NCBI GenBank assembly: GCA_951812955.1
Contig: OX638340.1
Location: 992,001-1,056,000, forward strand
Direction of reading: 5' to 3'
DNA from: an uncultured Gemmatimonadota bacterium
Lineage (GTDB): Bacteria; JAAXHH01
DNA: 64,000 bases
How positions within the stretch are numbered: position 1 is the stretch's first letter; every line of letters starts with the position of its first letter. The notes beneath the pieces were generated by a model, which saw only the letters and a program-made list of their open reading frames with translations, was not told the DNA's origin and made no database searches. Below are positions 54,590 through 63,208 of the stretch, piece after piece. Both the position numbers and the translations under genes were made by a program.

Positions 54590-55648
54590 ATGGCTGACGA
54601 ACGGACCTACAAGGCTTGCGTGGTGGGCCTGAGCGGCATCGGGGCGGGGCAGCCCCCGGTCGACGGCGACCACGGAATGGGCCAAGAAATGCCTAACCGG
54701 CACGTACCGGCCTATGCCCTCCTGCCGTTTACGGAGGTGGTCGGTGTATGTGACCTGAAAGAAGACCTCCTGCAGGAAACCATGGATGATTGGTCGGGTA
54801 CCTTCCCGGGATTGCGGGGATTCGCGGACTACAGGGAGATGCTTGAAGCCTGCAAACCGGATATACTGAGCGTAGTAACATCGGACCACCGCCACGCGGA
54901 CATCGTCGTGGACGGAGTCGCGGCGGGCGTTCGGGGCATCTATTGCGAGAAACCGATTGCGACCTCACTTGCGGATGCCGACCGCATGATCGCCGCGGTG
55001 GAAAGCCGGAACGTGCCCATGAACATCAACCACACCCGCCGCTGGGGAGCGGTATACCGGGAAGTCAGGAAGCTGCTCGACGAAGGCGCGATCGGCGAGC
55101 TGAAACGCATCACGCTGAATTTCGGCGGCCCCCGGGCCATTCTTTTCCGCAACGGCACCCACATGATCGACATGGCCTGCTACCTCGCGGGATCGGAACC
55201 CGCGTGGGTTTTCGCCGAACTCGACGAAGGCTACGAGGACTACTGGCCCTACCAGGGCGATGGCGGAAGGAACGCGGACCTGGAGCCGGGCTGCTCCGGT
55301 TTCATCCATTTCAAGAACGGCGTGCGTGCATTTTACAACGGTTCCAAGGGAATGGAATGCCGTGGAGGTTACCAGCTGGACGGTACCGACGGATGGATGT
55401 TCGTTCACGAGGACTATTACGAGCTCGACACGGGTAAAGGTATCCAGACTGTCGCTCCCAAGGGTCCGACCCATTACTACTCCGTCGCGGCTATCCGGGA
55501 CCTCGTCCACGTCATGGAACACGGAGGTGAGACCATTTCACCTCCCCGCGCCGCCCGGAATACCCTGGAGATCATCCTGGGGTTTCTCGCATCACAGAAG
55601 CACGGCAACGTACGCATAGATTTCCCGCTGGACGAGAACACCGTATAG
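54590..55648 (+). CDS. Gfo/Idh/MocA family oxidoreductase
   Basis: ACVVGLSGIGAG... is the Rossmann N-terminus. ...CEKPIATSLADADRMIAAVE... is the consensus EKP motif of this family. Confidence 0.7.
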   Translation: MADERTYKACVVGLSGIGAGQPPVDGDHGMGQEMPNRHVPAYALLPFTEVVGVCDLKEDLLQETMDDWSGTFPGLRGFADYREMLEACKPDILSVVTSDHRHADIVVDGVAAGVRGIYCEKPIATSLADADRMIAAVESRNVPMNINHTRRWGAVYREVRKLLDEGAIGELKRITLNFGGPRAILFRNGTHMIDMACYLAGSEPAWVFAELDEGYEDYWPYQGDGGRNADLEPGCSGFIHFKNGVRAFYNGSKGMECRGGYQLDGTDGWMFVHEDYYELDTGKGIQTVAPKGPTHYYSVAAIRDLVHVMEHGGETISPPRAARNTLEIILGFLASQKHGNVRIDFPLDENTV

Positions 55649-55671
55649 CCTTCCACGAGCGGTAACTTCCC

Positions 55672-57714
55672 ATGAGCGTTCGCATCGCCATCGACACGGG
55701 CGGCACGTTTACAGACCTTGTATTGTCCGACCCCGACACGGGCCGGCTGGTCTTTCACAAGGTGCCGAGTACGCCCGCCGATCCGAGCCGGGCACTGGTG
55801 GAAGGTGTCAAAGGGCTCGTCGACCGGGCCGGCGTCGGCACTGCCGAAATCCTGTTTCTGATTCACGGTACCACGGTGGCCACCAATACGATCCTTCAGC
55901 GGAAGGGGGCCCATACCGCCTTCATCACCACCGAAGGGTTCCGGGACGTGCTCCACATCCAGCGGCAGGACCGCCCCCACCTGTACAACATGCGCATCCG
56001 CCGGACCCCGGCCCTCGTACCCCGCTCACTGCGATATGAGCTGCCCGAACGGACCCTGCACGACGGGTCGGAAGCGGCGCCGATAGACCAAGATCGACTT
56101 GGCAGCCTCGTGGCGGCACTCAGGGAGGAAGGCATCGAAGCCGTCGGCGTCGGGTTTCTCCACAGTCACATCGATCCCGGTCACGAACAATCGGCAGGCG
56201 AAGTGCTGCGGCGGGCACTGCCCGAAACCACAGTCTGCCTCTCCTCCGACATGAGTCGTGAAGAAGGCGAATACGAACGGTTCAGTACTTGCGTCATGAA
56301 CGCCTACGTGCAGCCCATCATGACGAACTACCTGAAGAAGGTGGACGATGCCCTTTCCAAGGCATCCATCGAGGCGCCGCTGTATGTCATGAAATCCAAT
56401 GGCGGGGTCACCTCGGCCCGGGACGCAGCGGATCACTGCGTGCATACGATTCTTTCAGGTCCGGCCGGGGGTGTCGTGGCCGGCGAGGAAATCGGAAGGC
56501 GGCTCGACCGGCCAAACGTCATCACCGCCGACATGGGGGGAACAAGTTTCGACGTGGCGATGATATATGAACGCAACATAGCTTTCGCGAAGAACGCGGA
56601 GATCGACGGCCTGGCCCTCAAAGCCCCCATGATGGACATCCATACGATTGGCGCAGGCGGTGGCAGCATCGCATGGATCGATTCGGGCGGCGCCCTGAGG
56701 GTGGGCCCGCAATCGGCAGGGGCGGAGCCGGGTCCCGCCTGCTACGGCGCCGGCGGTTCCGAACCCACCGTGACAGACGCGAACCTGGTGCTGGGCCGGC
56801 TCTCCACGGACAGTCTGCTGGGCGGCGCGCTGTCGCTGGATTCCGAAACCGCGCGTCGGGTGATCGACGAGAAAATCGCGGCCAGTCTGCAATGCACGGT
56901 GGAGGAGGCCGCCGAAGGGATCATCCGGGTGATCAACGCCTCCATGACGGCGGCCATCCGGAAGCTCACCGTGGAACGGGGGTACGATCCCCGCCTCTTT
57001 ACGCTGGTTCCCTTCGGCGGCGCAGGACCGCTCCATGGTACCGCTCTTGCCCGGGAACTGGGCATACGCGACGTGGTGGTACCGCTCGCGCCCGGGGTCG
57101 CTTCGGCCGAGGGCCTCGTTTTTTCGAACCTGCGTTCGGACCGGATCCAGACCCACGTAGAACTGCTGGATCGACTCGGGGCTTCGGAATTCGAGAAGAT
57201 GCTGGAAGAACTGACCGTACAGGCGGAAGGGGATCTGTCTACTTCGTCGGCTACAGGCCATCCGGTCATCAGCCGGCGCGCGGGCCTGCGATACGCAGGT
57301 CAGGGGTACGATATTCCCATCGACCTGCCCGAGGGCGCCGCCGACCTCGCCTTGCTCGAATCGGCCTTTCACCTCGAGCACGAGCGCCAGTACGGATTCG
57401 CGCGGCGTGATCAACGGGTTCAACTCGTCAACCTGTGGGTGTCTGCGGAACTGGTGATTTCGGGCAGCCGGCGTGATACCGCCGAACGAGCCGTGCCGGA
57501 TCGACCCAAACCACCTACCATGCGGCCCGTGTATCTTTCAGGCAACTGGATCGAAACAGCCGTGTTTGACCGTACCGCACTGCGCAGCGGCCAACAGATC
57601 GACGGACCGGCCATCATCGAACAGCTTGATTCCACGACACTGATCTGGCCCGGTGAGCACGCAGGAATCGATGCCTGGGATCAGATCGTCATTGCCGGAC
57701 TGGAAAACCCATGA
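55672..57714 (+). CDS. hyuA: Hydantoinase/oxoprolinase A subunit (HyuA family; N-methylhydantoinase A / 5-oxoprolinase / acetone carboxylase beta-like, ATP-dependent)
   Basis: 680 aa. MSVRIAIDTGGTFTDLVL... is the characteristic N-terminus of the family. Confidence 0.8.
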   Translation: MSVRIAIDTGGTFTDLVLSDPDTGRLVFHKVPSTPADPSRALVEGVKGLVDRAGVGTAEILFLIHGTTVATNTILQRKGAHTAFITTEGFRDVLHIQRQDRPHLYNMRIRRTPALVPRSLRYELPERTLHDGSEAAPIDQDRLGSLVAALREEGIEAVGVGFLHSHIDPGHEQSAGEVLRRALPETTVCLSSDMSREEGEYERFSTCVMNAYVQPIMTNYLKKVDDALSKASIEAPLYVMKSNGGVTSARDAADHCVHTILSGPAGGVVAGEEIGRRLDRPNVITADMGGTSFDVAMIYERNIAFAKNAEIDGLALKAPMMDIHTIGAGGGSIAWIDSGGALRVGPQSAGAEPGPACYGAGGSEPTVTDANLVLGRLSTDSLLGGALSLDSETARRVIDEKIAASLQCTVEEAAEGIIRVINASMTAAIRKLTVERGYDPRLFTLVPFGGAGPLHGTALARELGIRDVVVPLAPGVASAEGLVFSNLRSDRIQTHVELLDRLGASEFEKMLEELTVQAEGDLSTSSATGHPVISRRAGLRYAGQGYDIPIDLPEGAADLALLESAFHLEHERQYGFARRDQRVQLVNLWVSAELVISGSRRDTAERAVPDRPKPPTMRPVYLSGNWIETAVFDRTALRSGQQIDGPAIIEQLDSTTLIWPGEHAGIDAWDQIVIAGLENP

Positions 57715-59390
57715 AGACCGACCCCATCACCCTGGAACTGATGCGCAACCGGTGGACCGGCATCGCGGAGGAAATGTGCGCCGCGCTGATCCGCACCAGT
57801 TACTCCACCAATATCAAGGACCGGCGCGACTGTTCCGCGGCCATCGTGCAGCCCACGGGGGAGATCCTGGCCCAGGCCGAGTCGGGCGTCCCCTTACACC
57901 TGGGCGTGATGCCAGGCGTGGTGAAGTCCATCCTGGAAGTCTATCCCGTGTCGGCCATGAAGCCTGGAGACGTCTACATCACGAACCTGCCGTATCCCGA
58001 AGGACCGGGCCATCTGCCGGATGTTTCCCTGGTATCCGCCATATTCTATGAAAACCGCGCGGTCGCACTGGCGGCATCCACCGCCCATCACGTGGACATG
58101 GGCGGGTTCGCACCGGGCAGCATGCCCTTCGGCGTGACGGAAATCTACCAGGAGGGCCTGCAGATCCCCCCGCTCCCCATTTTCAAGGGCGGACAGCTTG
58201 ACGAAGATATCTACAAGTTGATCAACCAGAACGTGCGGACGCAGTACGAGGTGCGGGGCGACCTGATGGCCCAGTACGCCTGCGCACAGATCGGCCAGCA
58301 GAGGGTAAGCGAACTCATGTCCAGGGAGTCGCCCGAAGAAGTAATCCACTACATGGACGAGATCCAGGACTACGCGGAACGACGGATGCGGGCGGGGATA
58401 GGGACCCTGCCCGACGGCGAGTACACCTTCGAGGACTACCTGGACGACGACGGCGTCACCGATACGCCAGTGAAGATCGCGGTCGCCCTGACCGTCTCGG
58501 GCGACGAACTGCGCGCGGACTTTTCGGGTTGCAGCGACCAGGTTCTGGGTCCGCTGAACGCGCGGCTGCCGGCGGCCGCTTCCTGCATAAGCTACGTGTG
58601 CAAGGCGGTGATCGATCCGGACCTGCCCGCGTGTGCCGGGGCGTACCGGCCCCTGGACATCTTCGCCCCCGAGGGATCCATCCTGCAGGCTACCTATCCG
58701 GCGGCCATCGGGAACGCCAACATCCTGACGGACCAGCGGGTCGTGGACGTGCTGATGGGCGCGCTGTACCAGGCCGCGCCCGACCGCGTATGCGCGGCCT
58801 GCAGCGGGGAGATGAACCTGGTAAATATCGGCGGAATCGATCCTGCTTCCGGGGAGTACTACAACTACGTGGAAACCTACGCCGGTGGGCAGGGCGCCAT
58901 GTTCGACATCGACGGAGAGGACGGCGTGCACACGCACCTCACCAACACACGGAACGCGCCGGTCGAAATCATGGAACGTACCTACCCGCTGCGGGTCGAG
59001 CGGTACGGCCTGATCCCGGATACGGAGGGGCCCGGCCGCCAGCGCGGAGGCTGCGGGATGATGCGGGAGCTGAAGTGCCTGGGTGAACGCACCATCATCA
59101 CCCTGGGTTCAGACCGCCGGAAGTTCACGCCCTGGGGGCTCGAAGGCGGCGGCAATGCGTCGGGCGCCCACTGTTACGTGATCGACAACGAAGGGCAGGT
59201 CAGGGAGATCCCTACCAAGGCCCATACCGAGCTTTACAGGGACGACGTCCTGCGGATCGAAACCCCCGGCGGCGGTGGCTGGGGAGACCCGGCCGAACGG
59301 GTCCGGGAGAAAGTGGAAGAGGATGTGCGAAACGAGCTCATTGGCCCGGAACGGGCGAGCGGACACTACAGATGGGGGAAGGATCAGTAA
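57711..59390 (+). CDS. hyuB: Hydantoinase/oxoprolinase B subunit (HyuB family). Its ATG overlaps the hyuA stop (ATGA).
   Basis: 559 aa. MKTDPITLELMRNRWTGIAEEMCAALIRTSYSTNIKDRRDCSAAI is the characteristic HyuB N-terminus. Confidence 0.8.
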   Translation: MKTDPITLELMRNRWTGIAEEMCAALIRTSYSTNIKDRRDCSAAIVQPTGEILAQAESGVPLHLGVMPGVVKSILEVYPVSAMKPGDVYITNLPYPEGPGHLPDVSLVSAIFYENRAVALAASTAHHVDMGGFAPGSMPFGVTEIYQEGLQIPPLPIFKGGQLDEDIYKLINQNVRTQYEVRGDLMAQYACAQIGQQRVSELMSRESPEEVIHYMDEIQDYAERRMRAGIGTLPDGEYTFEDYLDDDGVTDTPVKIAVALTVSGDELRADFSGCSDQVLGPLNARLPAAASCISYVCKAVIDPDLPACAGAYRPLDIFAPEGSILQATYPAAIGNANILTDQRVVDVLMGALYQAAPDRVCAACSGEMNLVNIGGIDPASGEYYNYVETYAGGQGAMFDIDGEDGVHTHLTNTRNAPVEIMERTYPLRVERYGLIPDTEGPGRQRGGCGMMRELKCLGERTIITLGSDRRKFTPWGLEGGGNASGAHCYVIDNEGQVREIPTKAHTELYRDDVLRIETPGGGGWGDPAERVREKVEEDVRNELIGPERASGHYRWGKDQ

Positions 59391-59465
59391 CCAGACGGAC
59401 GGTTCGAAACTGAAAGTATGGACCTCGATGAAACCGTCGTTTAGGCGGGACGGCACGGGACGGCC

Positions 59466-60845
59466 ATGGTTAATGGAACCATACCAAAACGTATAGCCAT
59501 TATCGGCGGTGGGATATCCGGGCTGGGCGCAGCGTGGGCGTTGAATCAACATCCAGACCGGTTCGATTTCCGTATTTACGAAGCCCGGGAGCAGGTGGGC
59601 GGAAACGCAATCACCGCCGACATGCCGCAGGATGACGGCGGTTCCATTCCCTTCGACATTTCCGTCACCGCACTGATCCCATCGGTCTATCACCACATCC
59701 TGTTGTTGATGCGGAAGTTCGGCATCGAACTGCTCGATACCCGGTTCAACTACAGCGTGAAATACCATGGGCAGGTATACGCCCACGATTTCGACTCCGC
59801 CATCAGAAGGCAGCTGCAACCGGAGATTGTCCGGTTTCAACGGCTCCTGAAGCGTCTTCACCGGCTCGGCTGGCTGACCCATTCCCGGTCGAGGCTCGTC
59901 AACGCGCTCAATCCCTTAAATTACGTCAGCATGGGGACCGTGCTCAACCTGGGCGGTTTTTCAGGGGACTTCAGGTTCAAGATCCTGAAGCCCATGTTCG
60001 TCAATTTCCTGATGGCGACGAACGTGTTCGATATGCCCGCGTCGCTTTTTGCGCGGTACCTGGAGTTCTTCGATATCGAATCTGCGACGCCCATGCAGAC
60101 GTGGGACCAGGGCACGCGTCGTATCTACGAGCACCTTTCAGCCGGTTTCCGGGACAGGATATACCTCGGCCGGCCCGTACGAAAAGTGTACCGACGGCCG
60201 AACTGTGTCGTGATCGAGGATCCGGACGGAGTAGAGGAGACGTTCGACGAGGTGATCTTCGCCTGCAACGCGAACCAGACGCTGATGCTGCTCGACCGGC
60301 CCACGTTTCTGGAGCGGTACATTCTGTCGTCGATCCGTTATGAAAGCGAACTCCACAACCACACGGTCGTGCATTCGGACGCCTCCGTCCTGCCGGAGAA
60401 CGAAGTGAAACCGCTGGAGACGCGGAGCAATCATATTGAACAGTACGGGGCCAGGCCGGACAACTATGAAATAACCTACATCATGCACAACCAGCAGCCA
60501 TGGGCCAACCGGTCCGACAAACCCTGCCTGGTGACCTATAACCCGGTCACGCCCATCGACGAACGGAAGATCGTCAAGAAGTGGTGGTTCCAGCACATCG
60601 TGCATGATGTGCGCCATGTCGCCTGGCTCATCCATCTGTTCCGTTTCATCCAGGGCAGACGGCGGACCTGGCACTGCGGTGCCCATACCCTGATGAACAG
60701 CCAGGAAACCTGCTTTGTAACGGGACTCGCCGCGGCCTCGCAGATCGGCGCTGAATATCCCTTCAAAGACCCCCTGGCCAGGCGCATGTTCAATTATTAC
60801 GGAAGAATTCTGCACGGCTGGCGTTTCCGGAAGGCGAGAGGTTGA
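59466..60845 (+). CDS. FAD-dependent oxidoreductase of the amine-oxidase / phytoene-desaturase-like (CrtI-like) fold
   Basis: RIAIIGGGISGLGAAWAL...YEAREQVGGN is a dinucleotide-binding motif plus the GG-motif typical of the amine-oxidase family. The length is 459 aa. Confidence 0.55.
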   Translation: MVNGTIPKRIAIIGGGISGLGAAWALNQHPDRFDFRIYEAREQVGGNAITADMPQDDGGSIPFDISVTALIPSVYHHILLLMRKFGIELLDTRFNYSVKYHGQVYAHDFDSAIRRQLQPEIVRFQRLLKRLHRLGWLTHSRSRLVNALNPLNYVSMGTVLNLGGFSGDFRFKILKPMFVNFLMATNVFDMPASLFARYLEFFDIESATPMQTWDQGTRRIYEHLSAGFRDRIYLGRPVRKVYRRPNCVVIEDPDGVEETFDEVIFACNANQTLMLLDRPTFLERYILSSIRYESELHNHTVVHSDASVLPENEVKPLETRSNHIEQYGARPDNYEITYIMHNQQPWANRSDKPCLVTYNPVTPIDERKIVKKWWFQHIVHDVRHVAWLIHLFRFIQGRRRTWHCGAHTLMNSQETCFVTGLAAASQIGAEYPFKDPLARRMFNYYGRILHGWRFRKARG

Positions 60846-61001
60846 AAACCGCACCGGGTGACAGGGCTTCTACTGTCCAGTCAACATGCACCGAACGACG
60901 GAAATCCCGCGCGTATCTGCGCCGCCGCATTCCCCGCTACACCTGTTCGGGCCAAATCCTGCTTGTCGCGTTAATGCCTTGTAGTTATCATACTTACAGT
61001 G

Positions 61002-61016
61002 TGGAACACTATAGCG
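61002..61016 (+). promoter_or_regulatory. Possible sigma54-type promoter element (TGGAAC-N5-TAGC, with correct -24 GG / -12 GC spacing) ~75 nt upstream of the Rieske oxygenase gene. It sits in an AT-rich island.
   Basis: tggaacactatagcg has GG and GC separated as in the TGGCAC-N5-TTGC consensus. The match is weak at other positions. Confidence 0.2.
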
Positions 61017-61090
61017 TTTCTTGACCCCTGCGGCCCTTCGATACCCGGACGAATTCACCGGCGCCGAGGAGGATCACGGAAGGACTGGAT

Positions 61091-62167
61091 TTGCATACCT
61101 CCGAAACGATCGCAACCCCCATGGCCGACGCAGATACCGTACACCGTACCGGGCACGCTCCGGGTGGCCTACCCCCCTTCCCGGAAGGCTGGTACCTGGT
61201 AACCACGCGCGAAACCCTGTTGCGGGAAAAACTGATCGAGAAGATGTGGATGGGGGAGAACATCGTCGCATGGTGTGACGAGGAAGGCCGTATCTGCGTG
61301 GCCGACGCGGTTTGTCCGCACCTGGGTTCCGACCTGGGACCGCAGGTCGGCGGCAAGATTCACGGTGGCCGCCTGGTCTGTCCGTTCCACGGGTTCGAGT
61401 TCGATGCGACGGGTCAATGCGTCGCGACGCCCAACGCCCCGGCGCCGAAAGCCGCGAAACTGACCGTGTATGAAACCCGTGAGATCTCCGGCCTGGTCTT
61501 CGCGTGGTACGGAATCGACGGCCGTCCCGCGCACTGGCACCTGCCGGACGATCCTCCGACCGGTAACGAGTGGGGCGAACTGGGATTCAGAACCCTGCGT
61601 TTTCGCAGCCATCCACAGGAAACGGCGGAGAACTCCGTGGATATCGGACACCTGCGCTACGTACACGGCTATGACAATGTGGACCCGGTCGGCCCGGTGA
61701 CGGTGGACGGAGCCTACCTGAGGAGCTGTTTCAACTTCAAGCGCGTCCGCAGCATTATGGGCTTGAAGGACCTCACCTATGAAGTATCGGCCGTCGCCCA
61801 TATCCACGGTCTGGGATACTCCTATGTCGAAGTCCACGAAAAAACGATCGATATGCACTTGAGACTGTGGGTACTGCCCACGCCGATCGATGGCAGCCTG
61901 ATCGATCTCGTACTGGCGGGCCAATTGCAGGGAATCCGCAGACCCCGGCGTTTCATCTCGGGCCTGGGGTTCCTCCCCATGGCGTTGCGCAACCGCTTGA
62001 TGAAGCAAATCATGCTTTCACAGCAAAAACGGGACGTACTGCAGGACGTGGTGATCTGGGAACGAAAGCAGTTTCGCACGCCGCCCCGGCTGTGCAAGGC
62101 CGATGGGCCCATTGGCCTTTACCGGCGCTATTGCCTGCAGTTCTATCCTGAACAACCGAAAGCCTGA
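61091..62167 (+). CDS. Rieske [2Fe-2S] non-haem iron oxygenase alpha-subunit-like protein of the KshA / Neverland / SdmA-type steroid-active clade
   Basis: Rieske motif CPHLGSDLG...VCPFHGFEFDATGQC matches KshA CRHMGGDLS...CPFHDWRWGGDGRC. The downstream block ENSVDIGHLRYVHG aligns with the KshA mononuclear-iron block DNVTDMAHFFYIHF. The KshA sequence is recalled from memory. Confidence 0.65.
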   Translation: MHTSETIATPMADADTVHRTGHAPGGLPPFPEGWYLVTTRETLLREKLIEKMWMGENIVAWCDEEGRICVADAVCPHLGSDLGPQVGGKIHGGRLVCPFHGFEFDATGQCVATPNAPAPKAAKLTVYETREISGLVFAWYGIDGRPAHWHLPDDPPTGNEWGELGFRTLRFRSHPQETAENSVDIGHLRYVHGYDNVDPVGPVTVDGAYLRSCFNFKRVRSIMGLKDLTYEVSAVAHIHGLGYSYVEVHEKTIDMHLRLWVLPTPIDGSLIDLVLAGQLQGIRRPRRFISGLGFLPMALRNRLMKQIMLSQQKRDVLQDVVIWERKQFRTPPRLCKADGPIGLYRRYCLQFYPEQPKA

Positions 62168-62255
62168 CCAATGCGACCCTTATCGGAGACAGGTAGAAGG
62201 TGGTCCGGTCCTGGAGGAGACCGCTCAAGCCTGCTGATATCTGCCGCTCTATAAG

Positions 62256-63050
62256 CTATCCGCCGTCCTCCAGCTCAGCCAGAGTCTCCAGCACCCCCTG
62301 CTGGATGAACTCCTCGTAGGCGTCCCGTGTCGGTAGTTCGGCCGCCTTCGACAGCATTTTCGTGGCCCGCGCCCGGCCGTCCTCGCGATCAAGATATGGA
62401 AGCCTGAGCGCATATTCAAACAGCACGACCTTCGAGTCCGGAGCTAGCTCCAGAGCCCGCTCGTAATGGATGACGGCGTTTTTCCGATTCCCCTTGTACA
62501 AGAACCGTGCAACGCGCCCGGCACGTGCGATGTCGGCGTGCCAGCCCCCTAAGGCCATATGCGCCTCTGCGAAGTCGGGGGAGATGGTGAGCGCGGTCTC
62601 GAGCAAATCGCGTGCCCTGCCCGCCAGACCTCGGCGAAATGCAGTTAGTTTACCGATACTCTGTGCATATCGGCCAACAGCGTGCGCGGATTGGAAATAT
62701 GCTTCGGAATTGGTCGAATCGATGCGCACTGCTTCTTCCCCGTACTCTATCGCGCGTTCCAAAATACCGTTCCGGTCCTCCTCAGTCGCCACATGGTGGC
62801 CGTACACCGCGAGCGATTGCGCCGCAAGGGCGTAGCCTTCGGATGTACCGACGGCTGACGCGAGATCCGCCGCCTCGAGAAAACGGCCTTCCTCGAAATC
62901 GGTCCTTGCTTCATCGATCGACTGCGCGTTCGCGCCAGCCGGGTCGGCCAGGCTGGCCGCAATAATCACGAATCCCGCAACTGCCACGAAACGGACAACT
63001 GCCGCGAATCCCGCAACGACTGCGAAACGGTAAAACTGGGTAAGGGTCAT
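62256..63050 (-). CDS. TPR-like repeat protein with an N-terminal hydrophobic anchor or signal
   Basis: 264 aa. Hydrophobic N-terminus (FAVVAGFAAVVRFVAVAGFVIIAASLA) followed by Ala/Glu/Tyr-rich helical repeats consistent with TPR or Sel1-like repeats. Confidence 0.45.
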   Translation of the reverse strand: MTLTQFYRFAVVAGFAAVVRFVAVAGFVIIAASLADPAGANAQSIDEARTDFEEGRFLEAADLASAVGTSEGYALAAQSLAVYGHHVATEEDRNGILERAIEYGEEAVRIDSTNSEAYFQSAHAVGRYAQSIGKLTAFRRGLAGRARDLLETALTISPDFAEAHMALGGWHADIARAGRVARFLYKGNRKNAVIHYERALELAPDSKVVLFEYALRLPYLDREDGRARATKMLSKAAELPTRDAYEEFIQQGVLETLAELEDGG

Positions 63051-63208
63051 CTGATATCCCCAGTTCTATTCAGCGGACGGGTACTCGCATCTCGGCTCGA
63101 CGCTTTAGTGTCTTTCAGCGATCAGTCATGCGAATCCACACCATATGGACAAACGCGGTGCTGCCCGACGGCATCGGCTATGGACCGATTCGACTAGGTC
63201 AACGGGGT

